From: Tubulanus polymorphus | Taxonomy: Eukaryota; Animalia; Nemertea | Direction of reading: 5' to 3' | Length of the DNA: 64,000 nt | NCBI RefSeq assembly: GCF_964204645.1 | Contig: NC_134028.1 | Location: 17,553,653-17,617,652, forward strand | Shown here: positions 23,401-36,500 of the stretch, piece after piece | Position numbering within the stretch: position 1 is the stretch's first letter | Layout: each line of letters starts with the position of its first letter | The notes under the pieces: model-generated | Databases searched by the model: none | What the model saw: only the letters and a program-made list of their open reading frames with translations | Told to the model about the DNA's origin: nothing | Position numbers and translations under genes: made by a program

Positions 23401-24527
23401 CCTTTTGTATTTGGTAATTTGATTAAATCAAATACATTTATTCTTAAATTATTATCTCTTTCTGTTTTTGGGATGTTTTTAATTATAACAGGATACTTAT
23501 CTATCTTATAATTATTTTCAAATTGTTTATAATTTGTTAATCTATAAGTATGTTTATTATAATCTTCAACTGGGTGTAAACAACTTATAATTGTCCATAG
23601 AAAACATTTATCATCTTCATTTTGTACATTTATTACAGCATTAGTTTTAAATGGTAGTTTAATATCGATGCTCGATGCTTCAATATCTGATTCTTTATAA
23701 TATGATACATTATTTTCATCAATTGGTTTCGATTTAGTTAACTTATTATATTTTGTGTTATAAACATGTAAAGCCATAAATATTATTTCATCAAATATTA
23801 AACCAGACCCTTCAAAATATTTCTCTTCTATTTTAGTTTTTACTTCATTATAACATTTATCTAATTTATCATCTATATGTTGTTTATATATAATATGTTG
23901 GGAATGAGAATTTATATTATATATTGGTTTATCTTCAGATTTTATAAACTTTACTTTAGAAGATATACTTATTTTAGGATATTCAACATCTGTAATTATT
24001 TTTATTATTTCTTTCATATTTTCTAAATGTTTTTTATTTTCTTCTAATGTTTTTCCTTTATGAAATTTAAACTCAATAGCTGCTGGGCCAATATCACTTT
24101 TAAATGCTTCGGTTATCTCTATATCTTTTTTATTATCCAATGAATTAATATAATTTCTTACATCTTCCATGTATGGTCTTTTATTGTTTAATTTATTTTT
24201 TATGCTTTTAATTGTCTTCTGTTTGTTATCATTATCTTTATCACAATAATCTTCACCTAAAATATCATTATTCTTATTTCTAATATGACTTTTAGATTTT
24301 AAATGTTCATTATAATATCTTTTATCACTGAATGATTGATTACATGTATCACATTTGTATGTTTCTTTTTCATTCTTTAATTCATCTAATTTAGTTTCTA
24401 ATATATCATCTTTATATTCTAGTTTCAATTTATTCTCTAAATGTGTTTTAGTTTTATTGTGTCTTGCTTTTTGGGATTTATCTATATTGATATTACATGT
24501 TGGGCAGTAGTACTTATTTGCTTCCAT
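20484..24527 (-). pseudogene. Protein-primed DNA polymerase B (~1347 codons, one in-frame stop at 23031-23033)
   Basis: N-terminal Zn fingers; NEDDKCF...ENHY; ExoI YGDFES; EndoVII-like CYYC..DHDH..H..CN; ExoII FHNLSGYD; ExoIII YLKSD; motif A YIDANNLYG; motif B KLMNNAFYGK; motif C altered to YFDRDS. Confidence 0.95.
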
Positions 24528-25454
24528 TTTAATATCAAATTTTTTTTTTAAATTGATTTTAGAAGTTCAATGATTTATATCATGAATTATTTCAATCACA
24601 CTTTACTAACACTTTTAATGTTTAAAAATCTAACTCATACAAATATGAATATTGAAATAATGTTGTAAATATATACTTTTATATTGAATAATCTGTCAAT
24701 TTAAATGTTATTCATTTATATGATTATTTTAAGAGTAATAGGGGTAATGGGCTTTCAGGTTAAAGGTTGAAGGGTCGAGTTCATTAAAAACAAATATTAA
24801 AAGTAATTTAAAACTATAATATATTTTCATAACCGTGTGTATTTCAGTTGAATAATAGAATAATAATTATTATTAAAATATATTTGATTATATGAATTTG
24901 TGTATTGTAAATAAATCAATTGGTCGCGGAGCCATTGAAAGAAGGAGTCATTGAAAGAAGTGACATTGAGTCACTTCTTTCAATGAAGACTTTCTTCGAT
25001 ATCCTTCAATACATTTAAAATGTTTTAAGCCGCCAGTCCTTTTTGAAATTTATAAGACTGTTATCGTGTATGTAGGCCTACCATCAAAACGGACGAGCTA
25101 GGGCACCTGATGTGCTTCTTGGTGCTTCAAGTCAAGAAATAGAGATCAGACATTTCACCGTTTCGTTAAATATAGTCATGAGTTTGGGTTTTATCGAAAT
25201 CTGCGGTGACAGGTCGGACATGTCTGGCCTTGAGACCTGACATAACAGGTTCTGAAAACTCTGCAGACAGACATCATTCTTGTCAGCGGAAATTTTTGGC
25301 TTTTTTGCCATCTTCAAGGGTATTGTAAGTATACAGTGAGATAAATAATGAAAATGGACCCGCACGCCGTGTTCGTTTTTTAATTTAAGAAGTGTGAGCT
25401 AACACGGTTTCAGCTCACGTGATGAAAATGTGTCAAATCAGCAGCGGTTTCACC

Positions 25455-26662
25455 GGCGCTATTGCACGTTCGTACCCCCTCCGAAAAATGTTTATTTTTG
25501 TATAATCGATCAGGGTCAGGACAATCAAAATATATTACTTTTGACCCCAAAAAATTTTTTTTATAGTCAAAATTCCGATGATTTGGGGCCGAATGCATCG
25601 ATTCAAAACGATGGGCCGGCCATGTTTCCGCACTAATTACCACCGAAAAACGTCTGAACACATATGCCTCAATATATTTACCTAATTGAATTGAATTGAC
25701 AAAATTTTTGGGTATAGGCCTACAGTAAACTGTCTAAAGTTGGATCCGGCCGAGTCGTATAACAACATCTCAACTCGGTGCAATATAAAAAAAATTTTCA
25801 GTTTCCAATAGGCCTATAAAGTAATGCTTTCGTATTCGCCTCTAAGCTGTAGCCGGTCAAGTCGGATCTAATTGTCTCGTAGCAATGTCTCAGTCGTTAC
25901 TTACTGTGCCTAATTCGTATATTCTGAATGACCATTGGTCTAACCAGTATCATTTAACCTCCAGTGAATTCTAACAATTTATGAGCGCACCAACAATGCT
26001 CGTAGAGCCGGCGCTGACGGTTCCAAACAGTAAATTAATTCTGCGGGTGAGTTCGAATCCAGGATAAAAAACATTGACAGATGGCGGAAAGACTGCTGAC
26101 ATGCGAGGTTGCACCCAGTATGTGAATGCTAACGAGGGGATTCCCCGGCTACAGATTTAGATGAGGCCAAACTATCTTACATCAGACAGATGATAGAAGC
26201 TGCAAACAACCAAAAACTGAGGTTACTTATTCAAATAGTACACATTTGATTATTCATTTACGTTTTTTTCTGCATCAGTTTTTACAGTGAATATTAAACC
26301 TTATATTAGCAACCATAGTCCTATAAATGAGTTCCAAAATATTAGAAAAATTGGTCTCCCAAGTCGGATTCCGGCTATGTCGGACGAAATTATCGGGTTC
26401 AAAGTGATCCGACTTAGGCGGAGTTTACTGTAGGCCCAACTTTCCTTCATCAGAAGTTAGAAACTTTGATTGACATCCAATATGGTGTGGTTAATGTTGC
26501 GAATCTATAGGCCTACGAGATTTAGGGCCCAAAATATAAAAATTTAACATAGAATTAGAAAAAGGGTCAAAAGTTACTGATTTTGAATTCCTAGACCTCC
26601 CTGATAATAATTATGCAGAAATAAACATTTTTGGGAGGGGGGTACGAAAGTGCAATAGCGCC
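25455..26662. mobile_element. Non-autonomous TIR element (~100-bp imperfect TIRs starting GGCGCTATTGCAC)
   Basis: 25455-25550 is the reverse complement of ~26563-26662; no clear TSD. Confidence 0.7.
25723..26430. mobile_element. Tc1/mariner-pogo type MITE nested in the previous element
   Basis: TA|CAGTAAACT...AGTTTACTG|TA termini with imperfect ~24-bp TIRs. Confidence 0.7.
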
Positions 26663-27317
26663 TAGCTACCTAATCGTTGGTGGTAAGCCTTTTATAATCG
26701 GATGGGCTTATACCAACGTTAGGTATGACGAGCTGTTGTGTGTTGATTATATCAAAAATTAGATATCTCAACAGACTACGAAATGCCAGGCGAATTACTG
26801 GCGAGTCAAATTGACAGACCGGCTACCAGAGTTGTCACTTCTCCGGATTTCTCCGGAATTCCGGATTTTAAAAAAATCCAATTTCATTTCCGGATTTTTG
26901 GGAGACGTCAAATAACCAAAAAAGAAAACATCGCGAAAAAAATAAAATCAATTCGGGATTCGACCCTAAACATCAAAACGTAACGCCTCCGTAGTGGGTT
27001 CGAAAAAGCCGTATTGTGCTGCCACGTAGTGGCAACAACCCCGCAGTAGGCCTATACGATTAAACCTAGATGACGCCACGATCGAAATTGACTGACGCTT
27101 CGTTTGTTTTTGGCTCTGGTTTATAGGTACCCTATATCTGCCACTGGGTTAAGATAATAGAAAAAATTTAGCAAAGACTTTTGAGGAAACTATGGTTGAG
27201 ATGTATAGTTCTCTAGGCTTCAAAGTATCCTAAGACCTTATTGTATTTTATCTCCATTTCAGACTACCAGTATAACACTCAAATACTCCTGTGACAGACA
27301 AGTAGGCCAACTTAAGA

Positions 27318-29366
27318 ATGGGAAAAGCTAAGAAACAAAAAATTGATGAAGTAGATTCTAATACAGAAATTGATGCGGTAGCTCTCCCTACAGTTGCCTC
27401 AAAATCATGTTTGGATGGAAAAATTGAGGATGAATATGGTGCAAAAGACTATCGTAGAATTCTTGATTTGAAACTTGATCATGAATTGAGACCACTTTGG
27501 ATTGGTCCAGATGGTCATATTTTCCTGGAATCATTTTCTCCTGTTTATAAACATGCGCATGACTTCTTAATTGCTATATCGGAACCAGTCTGTCGACCTG
27601 AACACATCCATGAATATCGCCTTACCGCTTATTCCCTTTATGCTGCTGTTTCAGTGGGGTTGCAAACAACAGATATTATTGAATATTTAAAAAGACTGAG
27701 TAAAACTACATTACCCTCTGGTATTGAGACCTTTATCAAACTGTGCACTCTAAGTTATGGTAAGGTGAAGCTGGTGCTTAAGAAAAACCGATACTTCTGC
27801 GAAAGTCAATTCCCAGAAGTCCTGCAAAAGTTGCTACATGATCCTGTTATACAGCTCTGCCGATTACGTACTGATAATGATGAAGTTTCATCTACCGAGT
27901 TTCTCCAATCAGAATCATCAAAAAAACCAGTTCTGAATCTGAACAAACCATTATCTTCTAGTCTGGTGAATAGTGGGGAAGAAAATATTGACAATTCTCA
28001 TGATACTGTGCCAGATGATATAACATCTTACTTCAGTAAAATAGATGATGTTGATGATGATGATTATACAGATGGAAATCAAGTCACTGAAAACCTAAAA
28101 TCTGTTTCATTTGAAGTTTCACAAGATCAAATTGAAGTTTTGCAGAGGCGATGCATAGAATTAGAACATCCTTTGTTGGCTGAATATGACTTTCGTAATG
28201 ACTCAATTAATGAAGATATCAATATTGATTTAAAACCCACCACAATATTAAGGCCGTACCAGGAGAAAAGCCTTAGAAAGATGTTTGGAAATGGTCGAGC
28301 CAGGTCAGGCGTTATAGTATTGCCATGTGGTGCTGGAAAAACTTTGGTTGGAGTAACAGCTGCATGCACTGTAAGAAAACGTGTTTTGTGTTTATGTACA
28401 TCGGGAGTAGCAGTTGAACAATGGCGTGCACAGTTTAAGATGTGGTCAACTGCTGATGACTCAATGATTTGTCGTTTCACTTCTGATGCCAAGGACAAGC
28501 CAATGGGATGTGCCATTTGTATAAGTACATATTCAATGATTGCTCATTCCAATAAACGATCATGGGAAGCTGACCAAGTTATGAAATGGCTCCAGCAACA
28601 AGAATGGGGTCTGATGCTTTTAGATGAAGTTCACACGATTCCTGCAAAGATGTTTCGACGAGTATTAACCATTGTGCAGGCCCACTGCAAACTTGGTTTG
28701 ACAGCTACACTTGTGAGGGAAGATGATAAAATTGCTGATCTGAACTTTCTGATCGGTCCAAAATTATATGAAGCAAACTGGCTTGAGTTACAAAAGAATG
28801 GTTTCATTGCTCGTGTGCAATGTGCAGAAGTTTGGTGCCCTATGAGTCCGGAATTCTACAGGGAGTACCTAAATACTCGAACAAGAAAGAAACTCTTGTT
28901 TTATGTCATGAATCCGAACAAGTTTCAAGCTTGTCAATTTTTGATAAGTTTTCATGAAAGTCGAAATGATAAGATTATTGTCTTTTCGGACAATGTGTTC
29001 GCACTCAAAAGCTATGCTTGTAAGCTCAATAAGCCTTATTTATATGGACCAACATCACAAAGTGAAAGAATGAACATTTTACAAAATTTTGTTCATAACC
29101 CAAAAGTTAACACAATATTTGTATCAAAAGTGGCTGACAATTCATTTGACCTGCCGGAAGCCAATGTCCTTATTCAGATCTCATCGCATGGGGGATCTCG
29201 TCGTCAAGAGGCTCAGCGTTTGGGTCGAATTTTGCGAGCTAAAAAAGGTGCTGCTGCAGAAGAGTACAATGCTTTCTTTTATTCATTGGTGTCCCAAGAT
29301 ACAATAGAAATGCAATATGCAACAAAGCGCCAGAGATTTCTTGTAAATCAGGGCTATTGTTACAAG
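27318..29366 (+). CDS. ERCC3: TFIIH helicase XPB, coding exon 1 (683 codons)
   Basis: [44 protein letters not shown]; splice donor AAG|GTAAAT at 29367; upstream acceptor TTTCAG at 27262. Confidence 0.97.
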
Positions 29367-29514
29367 GTAAATATCAATTTCTGTTTATTTCATTTGAAAG
29401 GCAGTTTCTAAAAACATGTCTATCCAACTTTTGAGCTCAAAAGTCAGCTGTAGGCTGAGTCTATTGCTATAAAAATAAAGCGTCTTTAAATGCAATGGAT
29501 TCCAGATGAAAGGC

Positions 29515-29761
29515 TTTTTAGTCCATTTGGGACTTAAGATCCAGCGGGCTATTGCTTTCACTTTTAGTCCATCCATTCGTTCATCTGTCTGTAGATGGAC
29601 TCCTGTTATTTTGGCTGGGAAGTTTTGAAGACACTCCAATTGATTGTCTTCATGTTTGGTCCATACATGTGTCCACCTGAGATACATCTACCCAAAAATT
29701 GACCTGATCAGAATCAAAATGGCCAACTGGCGGCCATTGTTATTCGCCAAAATTAGCACTT
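29515..29761 (+). mobile_element. Helentron-type HINE/DINE-1-like repeat, 5' part, interrupted by Penelope
   Basis: Same 5' end as the copies at 32115, 43933 and 50675; resumes briefly at 30866-30883. Confidence 0.7.
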
Positions 29762-29803
29762 ACACTATTAGACGAGAAGATACACAATATCCGTGTATGA
29801 TGA

Positions 29804-30867
29804 TGACGAGAGAAATCTCACGATAACGAAGGCAAGATTGAAAATTGGTTTAATAAGTTAGCTTATCCTAATGACCTTTTGAATAAAGCTCTTTTTCGAG
29901 CCCGTCGCACCCATTTTTGTAATTCTCGAGTTTCGCGCCCTCAGAAACAGCCCATCGTCGTACCTTTTGTTCCTTTTTTGGAAAAATCTAAAACCCCCCT
30001 TCATCTCCTTAACAAACCGCTCGTTTTCACTTACTATAATAAACTAAGTCATAACTTAACTCACAATTCCTGCTAAACGGAACCTTTGAACATTGGTGCA
30101 TACAAAATACCTCGTAAAGTATGTAATAAAATATATATTGGTGAAACTGGGCGTGATTTGAACAAGCGCCTCAGAGAACATAAAAATGACGTCAAAAATT
30201 TCAAACCCGAGAGTGGAGTAGCTAATCACGTTTATGAAACTAGTCACAATTTTGATTTTGATAATGCGACTATAATCTTTCCCTGTCCCGATAAAACCAA
30301 ATGTCACATTATGGAATCTGCCCTTATTATTGAAAATATGGATAAATGTGTTAATTTGAATAACGGTTTTTCTCCTCACAATATTTTGATCTCTAAATTT
30401 CTCGCTTCACTTGTACCCCCATTATTCTAATCCTGTTAACTTGTTTTCCTCTGCTTGACACTTCCACTCACTCCCTCACTCATTCCTTGATTATCCCTTT
30501 GATGTCCTTGCCTTTATCCCTTTGATGTTCTTGCCTTTTGTTTTTGTCTGATTACCCCTTAGTTTGTCTGCCTTTGAACCCTCTGGGCTTTGTTTTTAGA
30601 TTACTTTAATCTTGCACTACATCCCCTTAGTTTGTCGTTTGCCTTCTTTGTTTTCTTCCTTAGTGTTCCGGTTTTTGTTATTTAATTACTTTAATCTTAA
30701 TCCTTTAATCTTAATCATTTGTCATATTCTTGAATAAATATCCAGTTATTTGATTTTGTTCTCAGTACGCCTGATGATGGTTAGCCGAAACGTCGCTCCT
30801 CAAATACAATCATTCTGATATAGATATTTTCAATCTTGCCTTCGTTATTGTGGGATTTCTCTCGTCA
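29804..30867 (+). mobile_element. 5'-truncated Penelope-like retroelement (GIY-YIG endonuclease, pLTR, inverted 42-bp tail)
   Basis: ORF 30086-30430 GAYKIP..VCNKIYIGETGRDLNKRLREHK; 29804-29845 is the reverse complement of 30826-30867 (40/42). Confidence 0.88.
30767..30798 (+). ncRNA. Minimal hammerhead ribozyme motif in the Penelope pLTR
   Basis: CTGATGA-T-GG(TTAG)CC-GAAAC-GTC core; stem I very short. Confidence 0.6.
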
Positions 30868-32114
30868 CTTTTTACACATTTTGGTTAACCTTTGTTAGCG
30901 ATAGCAGAGTTGGCATTGTACCAATTATGTAAAATCACGCTAGGTTTTTTTATGTGACCATTTTTTTCATTCAGGAATAAAAATCTTCAGACCATAGACG
31001 GATTTCCGACCTTTTCTAACATTTTCTTTATTCCTGAGATCAGTGTAAATCGCCTCAATCGCGGGCGTCACATCGGAGTGCTCCGTAGTTAGGAGTGCTC
31101 CCTAAGACGGTTTTCGGCTGTAGTTAGCACAGCTGTGGAGTTGGGAGAAACCAATATGGCGTCTCATTCGAAAATGGGCTCTAATTCAGACTCATTAAAC
31201 TATTAATATTTTGACCAAAGGAAAGTTAAGTTTTTTGGCTAAAAGTTACTGATTTTTGTTCTCCAAAAAAATTATTTTTCCTTAAAATATTTTCCAACTT
31301 TTTCAATATGGGCCGTTTACATCCCTGTTCATTGGTTCTTGGCCTAAAAAATGTATAATTGATGCGATCAAAGATATGCCAAACGTCTGTTGATGGCGTG
31401 GTCGGAGGCGTATTCGTCTATTCCAAACCCGTTTAGGTTTTCAAGACGGTTTGCTCCAAACGCATTTGTTTACCATCGAAACCAAACCGGTATGACAAAA
31501 CCGACTTATTCGTTAACCATCAAACTTATAACAGTTAGCTGAACCGATCAATTATCCTATGGAGTATGCTTGGTGGGTTTGATGACGTTTACAAAATGGT
31601 GGACACGGAAAGTTGTGCGCAGTAAGTTCACTAAAAAAATCGCATTATTCTATATTTTGGCGCGATATTCACCGATCACAGGGATATTAGCGATAAAAGC
31701 TAAATCTGTTTACATGTATATAATACAGTGCATTTATCGTTGATCAGCAAAACAATGTATGCAGTGTTTTGTCCTACTTTCGCCTTCATTCATCTTCTTG
31801 CATCAGTCACCACAGATTGCAGCACATGGTGGTAGGCCTATCACGCTCCATCGCATCTGACATAAAAATGAGCAGCGTCCAAATGAGCAGTGTCTTCTTA
31901 AAAAGTTTACTTTCCTAAAAAATTGGCTCTATTATATTTGTAGGCAGGAAAATGGTTACTGGAGACCATTATCATTAGATTTTGGTGATCGAATTGTCAG
32001 TGTTGTCATTCATTGATTTACCAACATGGAGCAAAGTTCAAGAAAATGGTAAGTGTCAACAATTCAATCCTAATTGATGCCAACATTTGCATTAACATTA
32101 GGTAGTAGATTGGT

Positions 32115-35100
32115 TTTTAGCCCTCTTGGGACTCTAGTCCCAGCGGGCTATTGCGTTCACTTTTTGTCCGTCGTCCGTTTGTCCATCCGTCCGTAGACGG
32201 AATCCAGTTATTTTGGGAAGTTTTGAGGACGCTTCAAGGTTATGTCTTGATATTTGGTTTATACATGTATCTACCCTTGACAAATCTTCAGCCCAAAAAC
32301 TGGCACTGTCAGATTCAAGATGGCCGACTAACAGCCATTGCTGTTCGCCAAAATCAGCACTTCGTACACATTTTCGAAGATTTCGAGGGAAGACGCTTTA
32401 TCAATTACCTTGATCGTTGGTATATATTTGTATACCCCAAGGGCCCATCAGCATGAGAAAAATTGGGTCGATCGGACTCAAGATGGCTGTCCTGTGACCT
32501 TTTTTGTGTCCAAAAATGTCAATTTTGGCCTGAATTCTGTGTCCTGTAGCTTCCTAATGGTTTGCCATTTTTCATGCAATTTTTGATGGGTATTCTTGGG
32601 AAAGGGATCTCTAATACCCGCGACAGGTATATTTGATCAGGCAATTATGACGCAATTGGCGGCCATCTTGGTGTCATCATTACTCATTCGTAGATGGAAA
32701 AAAGTTTTTCCACATTATATTGATACTTAAGCATATTTTGTTACCACAATCAATTGGAAAGTTGCAGCTTCTGATTTCCGATATGGCGGACTAAGCTGGT
32801 CGGTGGTCAAGCCGGAGAGTGATTATCAAATAATTGGTGGTATTGCTGCTATAATTGTAGTTTTATACATGTACCAAGCAACGTCAATAACTTTCTGGTT
32901 CCTCCGAGCCCAACTTTGTTTAAATTAGAGTTATCGTTCCTGGAAATCTGAAAAACCTGAGTTTCCACTTATTCTAAAACTGCCTCGTCATACTGCTCCA
33001 CCGTTTTCTCATTCGTACTGGTAGACATAGCCGTACTGATATTCACAGTCGATTCAATCGCATTGACCCTTTATTAGTTGGGCATAATCGTGAAAATGTC
33101 TACCCAAGCAACAAATAAAACGCCTGGACAAAAAGAGATTTCAGGGTCCTGTCCCCAGATCAGGATATAGCTAGCCCTGAACATAAGAGAACAACAGTAA
33201 CGCCCGGTCCAGTCACTCAGGTCCAGGTCGACACTGCAAAATGACCTGCAGCCAACAGTCCCCAACAATGACCAAATATTTCAACTTCTGGACATGATGA
33301 ATGGATTGAATAGTCTCGAACGCGCTGAGCTTAAAATCGAGCAAATAGTCTCGAACGTGCTGAGCTTGAAATCGAGCAGCTCTCCCAAGAAAACATCGAT
33401 CTTAAACACAGATCGATGGAACAGAACGTAGTTATTTTCAACATGGAGAAGGAAACTGGCGAAAATTGCCGAAAAGTAGCAACCGACTTCTTCGTAGACA
33501 ACATGAAAGTGCCGTGAGATAAAATGGAGACCAGCATAGTCATCGATGTTGCCCACCGAATGGGCAAGGGCTCATCTAAAAGCAGGCCCATCGTTGTTCG
33601 CTTCACTACCCGTAAAGGAAAGTTAGAAGTCATGAGCTACTGCAAAAACCTTAAAGGTGAAAGATCAATTTCCTAACGAGATCAACGACAGGGCAGCAAT
33701 TGAGTAAATTCAAACAGCTGCGGGCTGATCGTAACAACAAAGTTTCGTTGATCCGTGATAATTTGTTTGTCAACGGCAAACTTCAACCACCAGATTTTTC
33801 GCGGGATCCTCTATCACTGGATGTTGCAGATATACTTCTCGTTTAGGATACAGTCTAAACTACCGTCGTCAATCGCTGCGAAATGAAGGCGTATTGTTTA
33901 CCAGTCAGAACGAATCTGACATCAAAGGGGCACTGGCTAGGATCCGACCCTGGCGTCTTACTTGATGCAAGTTTCCCTATGCGTATCGCTCAATTCATGA
34001 CGACTCAGTGATCTCCGGTTTTTCTGATGAAAGGGAATACGGTATCGGCCGTTTAATGTTATCGTTAATGGAAAGGGTTAAGTTGTTCGGCTTAGTAGCC
34101 ATCGAAAATAACTCCTCACTTTGAGTACTGCGATATCATCTACCAGGGAGCCTCTCCTAATCTAAACAAACTGGAGAGGATTCACTACAGAGCTGCGATC
34201 CTTGTCTCCGGTTGTATCCACGGCTCAAACACTAATAAGGTGCTGCAAATTTTGAACTGGCAAACTCTAGTCGCCAGGCGTAAAGAGCGTCAAATGCTGT
34301 GTATGTTTAAAGTAAAAAACCGGTTTGTCCCACCATATTTAAATTCAATTTTCTTAAATTTCCATATCGTGGCAAGCAATCAACCTCGTGCAACCTTAGA
34401 ACGCAGCAACCTTTTAGAATCCCAGCACCTTTTTCTACATTAATGAGGCGATCACCCATTGTTCAACTTATGGAACAATGGAATAATGTTACACCTGAGC
34501 TTCAAAACTGCGATTCATTTTCCCTTTTCTAATCTAGAACCTGCTTTAATAAATACCACTCCAATGTTGTTAGTTCAACCATAATAAAAAACCTCAATCG
34601 AAATGAAGAAATCTGCCTAAAACCTTCCTAATCTCATTTCTATTCACATAATTTCGTTGATGTAAGTGATCCTGACTGCCCCTACTGCAACCAAATTCAA
34701 TCGACAACACATTTCCTTCTTTAGGGTCGAGGACCTTCCCTCCAGCATGACTTTTCTAAACTCCTCACTTTGCTTGATTCCCTACAACTACTTCCGTATT
34801 TCAATAGATCAAATATGTTGAATAAATGTGAATTCCTACTTTTTGGAAATTCCATTTATAACTATGATTTCAACTCGACAGTAATCTGTCTTGTCGCTAA
34901 ATTCATTTCTAGAAACCAAAGAATCTCTAACTGATGATGATAATCATCATTATCATTTACTATTATTTATTATTATTTTACATTATTGTTAAACATTATT
35001 TTTACTTTTATTGTTACAACTCATTGCTACTATCATTACCATTATTATTATCATCCTTTGGTGTAATTATCAGTTTATGTGTGTAATTGTAATTGCTTGT

Positions 35101-35776
35101 TATGTCCTCTGGACCTTAGCAAGTATTTATTTTGTATACCATTGACTTCTTTGATAAAATTAATTTAACATTACATGGTCTATGATCGTGGTGAGTTTCA
35201 ATGTCATTGGTTTTTGCATTTGGCCACCAGGGGGCGGTGAACAATGCAATAACTCAGTATTTCTATATTATATTCGTACCTATGCATATGTTGTTACCGC
35301 AATCAATTGGAAAGTTGTAGCCTAGCTCATGACATGGTCTATGATTATGGTGAGTTTCAAGGACATTAGTTATTCTACATGGTCACTTGGCTTTGAATTA
35401 TAGAATTACGTAGTATTTCCTTATTATATTGGTACCTGATCATATTTTGTCACTATGATCAATTGCTAAGTTGTAGCTCATGACATGTTCTATAATTATG
35501 GTGAGTTTCAAGGTCATGGGCTTTGCATATGGTCACCAGCGGGCATTGAATAGTAGAATAACTTAATATTTTTCATATATTGGTAACTAGGCATATTTTG
35601 GTACCACAATCAATAACAAAATTGTAGCTGCTGACATGTTCTATGATTGTGGTGAGTTTCAAGGTCATTGTATTTTTTCAAGGTCATTGGATGGGGTGTT
35701 GAATATTGAAATTGTTAGATTTTTGAGCATCTGCATCCACTTCCCAAGTGGGCGTGGTGTCCCTGGACCCCTAGTT
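32115..35776 (+). mobile_element. Helentron-type HINE with ~154-bp internal tandem repeats, interrupted by a LINE
   Basis: T-run, subTIR AGCCC(A/T)CTTGGGAC with partner GTCCCAGCGGGCT, GTCC microsatellite, 3' CCCAAGTGGG plus stem-loop and CTAG|TT end. Confidence 0.75.
32775..35165 (+). mobile_element. Degenerate, internally deleted CR1/L2-type LINE
   Basis: ORF1-like RSMEQNVVIFN...IDVAHRMGK...RPIVVRF (~33410-33660); RT C-terminal LERIHYRAAILVSG...LNWQTLVARRK and CPYC...STTHFLL; ATT-rich tail. Confidence 0.72.
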
Positions 35777-35819
35777 GAAATTTGTCAACCATACAATTTG
35801 TTAATATTTGCATTTTAGA

Positions 35820-36500
35820 TACCGAGACCATCGAAGAATTGAAGAAAGCGGTAGTCGATTCCGAGAGATGCTCAATGTGGACTTGGTTAGTCTAATTTTC
35901 TTAAGGGAGGGATGTGATATACTTTCTGGAATTCCATTTCTCAATTTTCTCAAATATTTAGGTGGGATAGGAAATAAATAATTTTTTTGGTAGAAAAATA
36001 TCGTTATTTTCTAATTCCACCGGCTAGTCTTGCTCTATGCTAATCTCGTATCTCTTTACTCCTATCATTCCAAAAGTAACCCCCCATTACCTACATTGTT
36101 TAAAGTCTTTCTAGGATTCAATTTGCAACATTGCTTCTCTTTTCAGCTGCATCTGTTGCAACAGAAGTTCCACCAGGATCAGAAAGCACGGAATCATCAG
36201 AAACTGAAACAGAATTATTTGCCTTTGGTGCTACATTTGATACTGCGATGCCAAGGGAGGCAGTTATTCATATCATACAGCTGCACAAAAAGCATGCCAG
36301 GGAATTCCAGATCCGTGCATCAAGAAAAGAACTGTTTGGGAAAAGCTCTCCTAGGAATTGCAGAAACTTGGATATTCTTATTCATGGCAGCAGATAAAAA
36401 CCAAATGGAATGATATAACTCTCAGATACAGAAAAAAAAGTCTTGACATTGAAAAGGCCAAATTAGAGGTTTTCAAATAAATCCTGGATACATTTTAACT
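35820..36500 (+). pseudogene. Possible remnant of the Harbinger second (Myb/SANT-type) gene
   Basis: Spliced-looking acidic and coiled-coil fragments convergent with the Harbinger nuclease; no clear Myb motif read. Confidence 0.25.

Larger units (their letters stand above)
8516..24932. mobile_element. Polinton/Maverick copy B, near-complete unit (~15.3 kb without the nested MITE)
   Basis: Integrase and ATPase on +; Zn-finger gene, MCP, membrane genes, penton, small gene and pPolB on -. Boundaries provisional; no TSD seen. Confidence 0.93.

Noticed and set aside
1-24932. Prophage or bacterial contamination
   Set aside because: The gene set (pPolB, rve integrase with chromodomain, A32-like ATPase) is Polinton-type, with a nested eukaryotic MITE and contiguity with a spliced animal gene.
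25995-26065. tRNA gene (GTTCGAATCC B-box)
   Set aside because: No convincing cloverleaf or acceptor stem; lies inside a MITE; at most a SINE relic. The same applies to GGTTCGAGTCCC at ~19204.
26826-27145. hAT-like left end CAGAGTTGTCAC with TCCGGA repeats upstream of XPB
   Set aside because: No convincing matching right TIR or TSD found.
29367-29411. XPB as an intronless, Polinton-captured or retrocopied gene ending at 29411
   Set aside because: A canonical donor at 29367 and the conserved C-terminal exon at 50143 show a normal spliced host gene.
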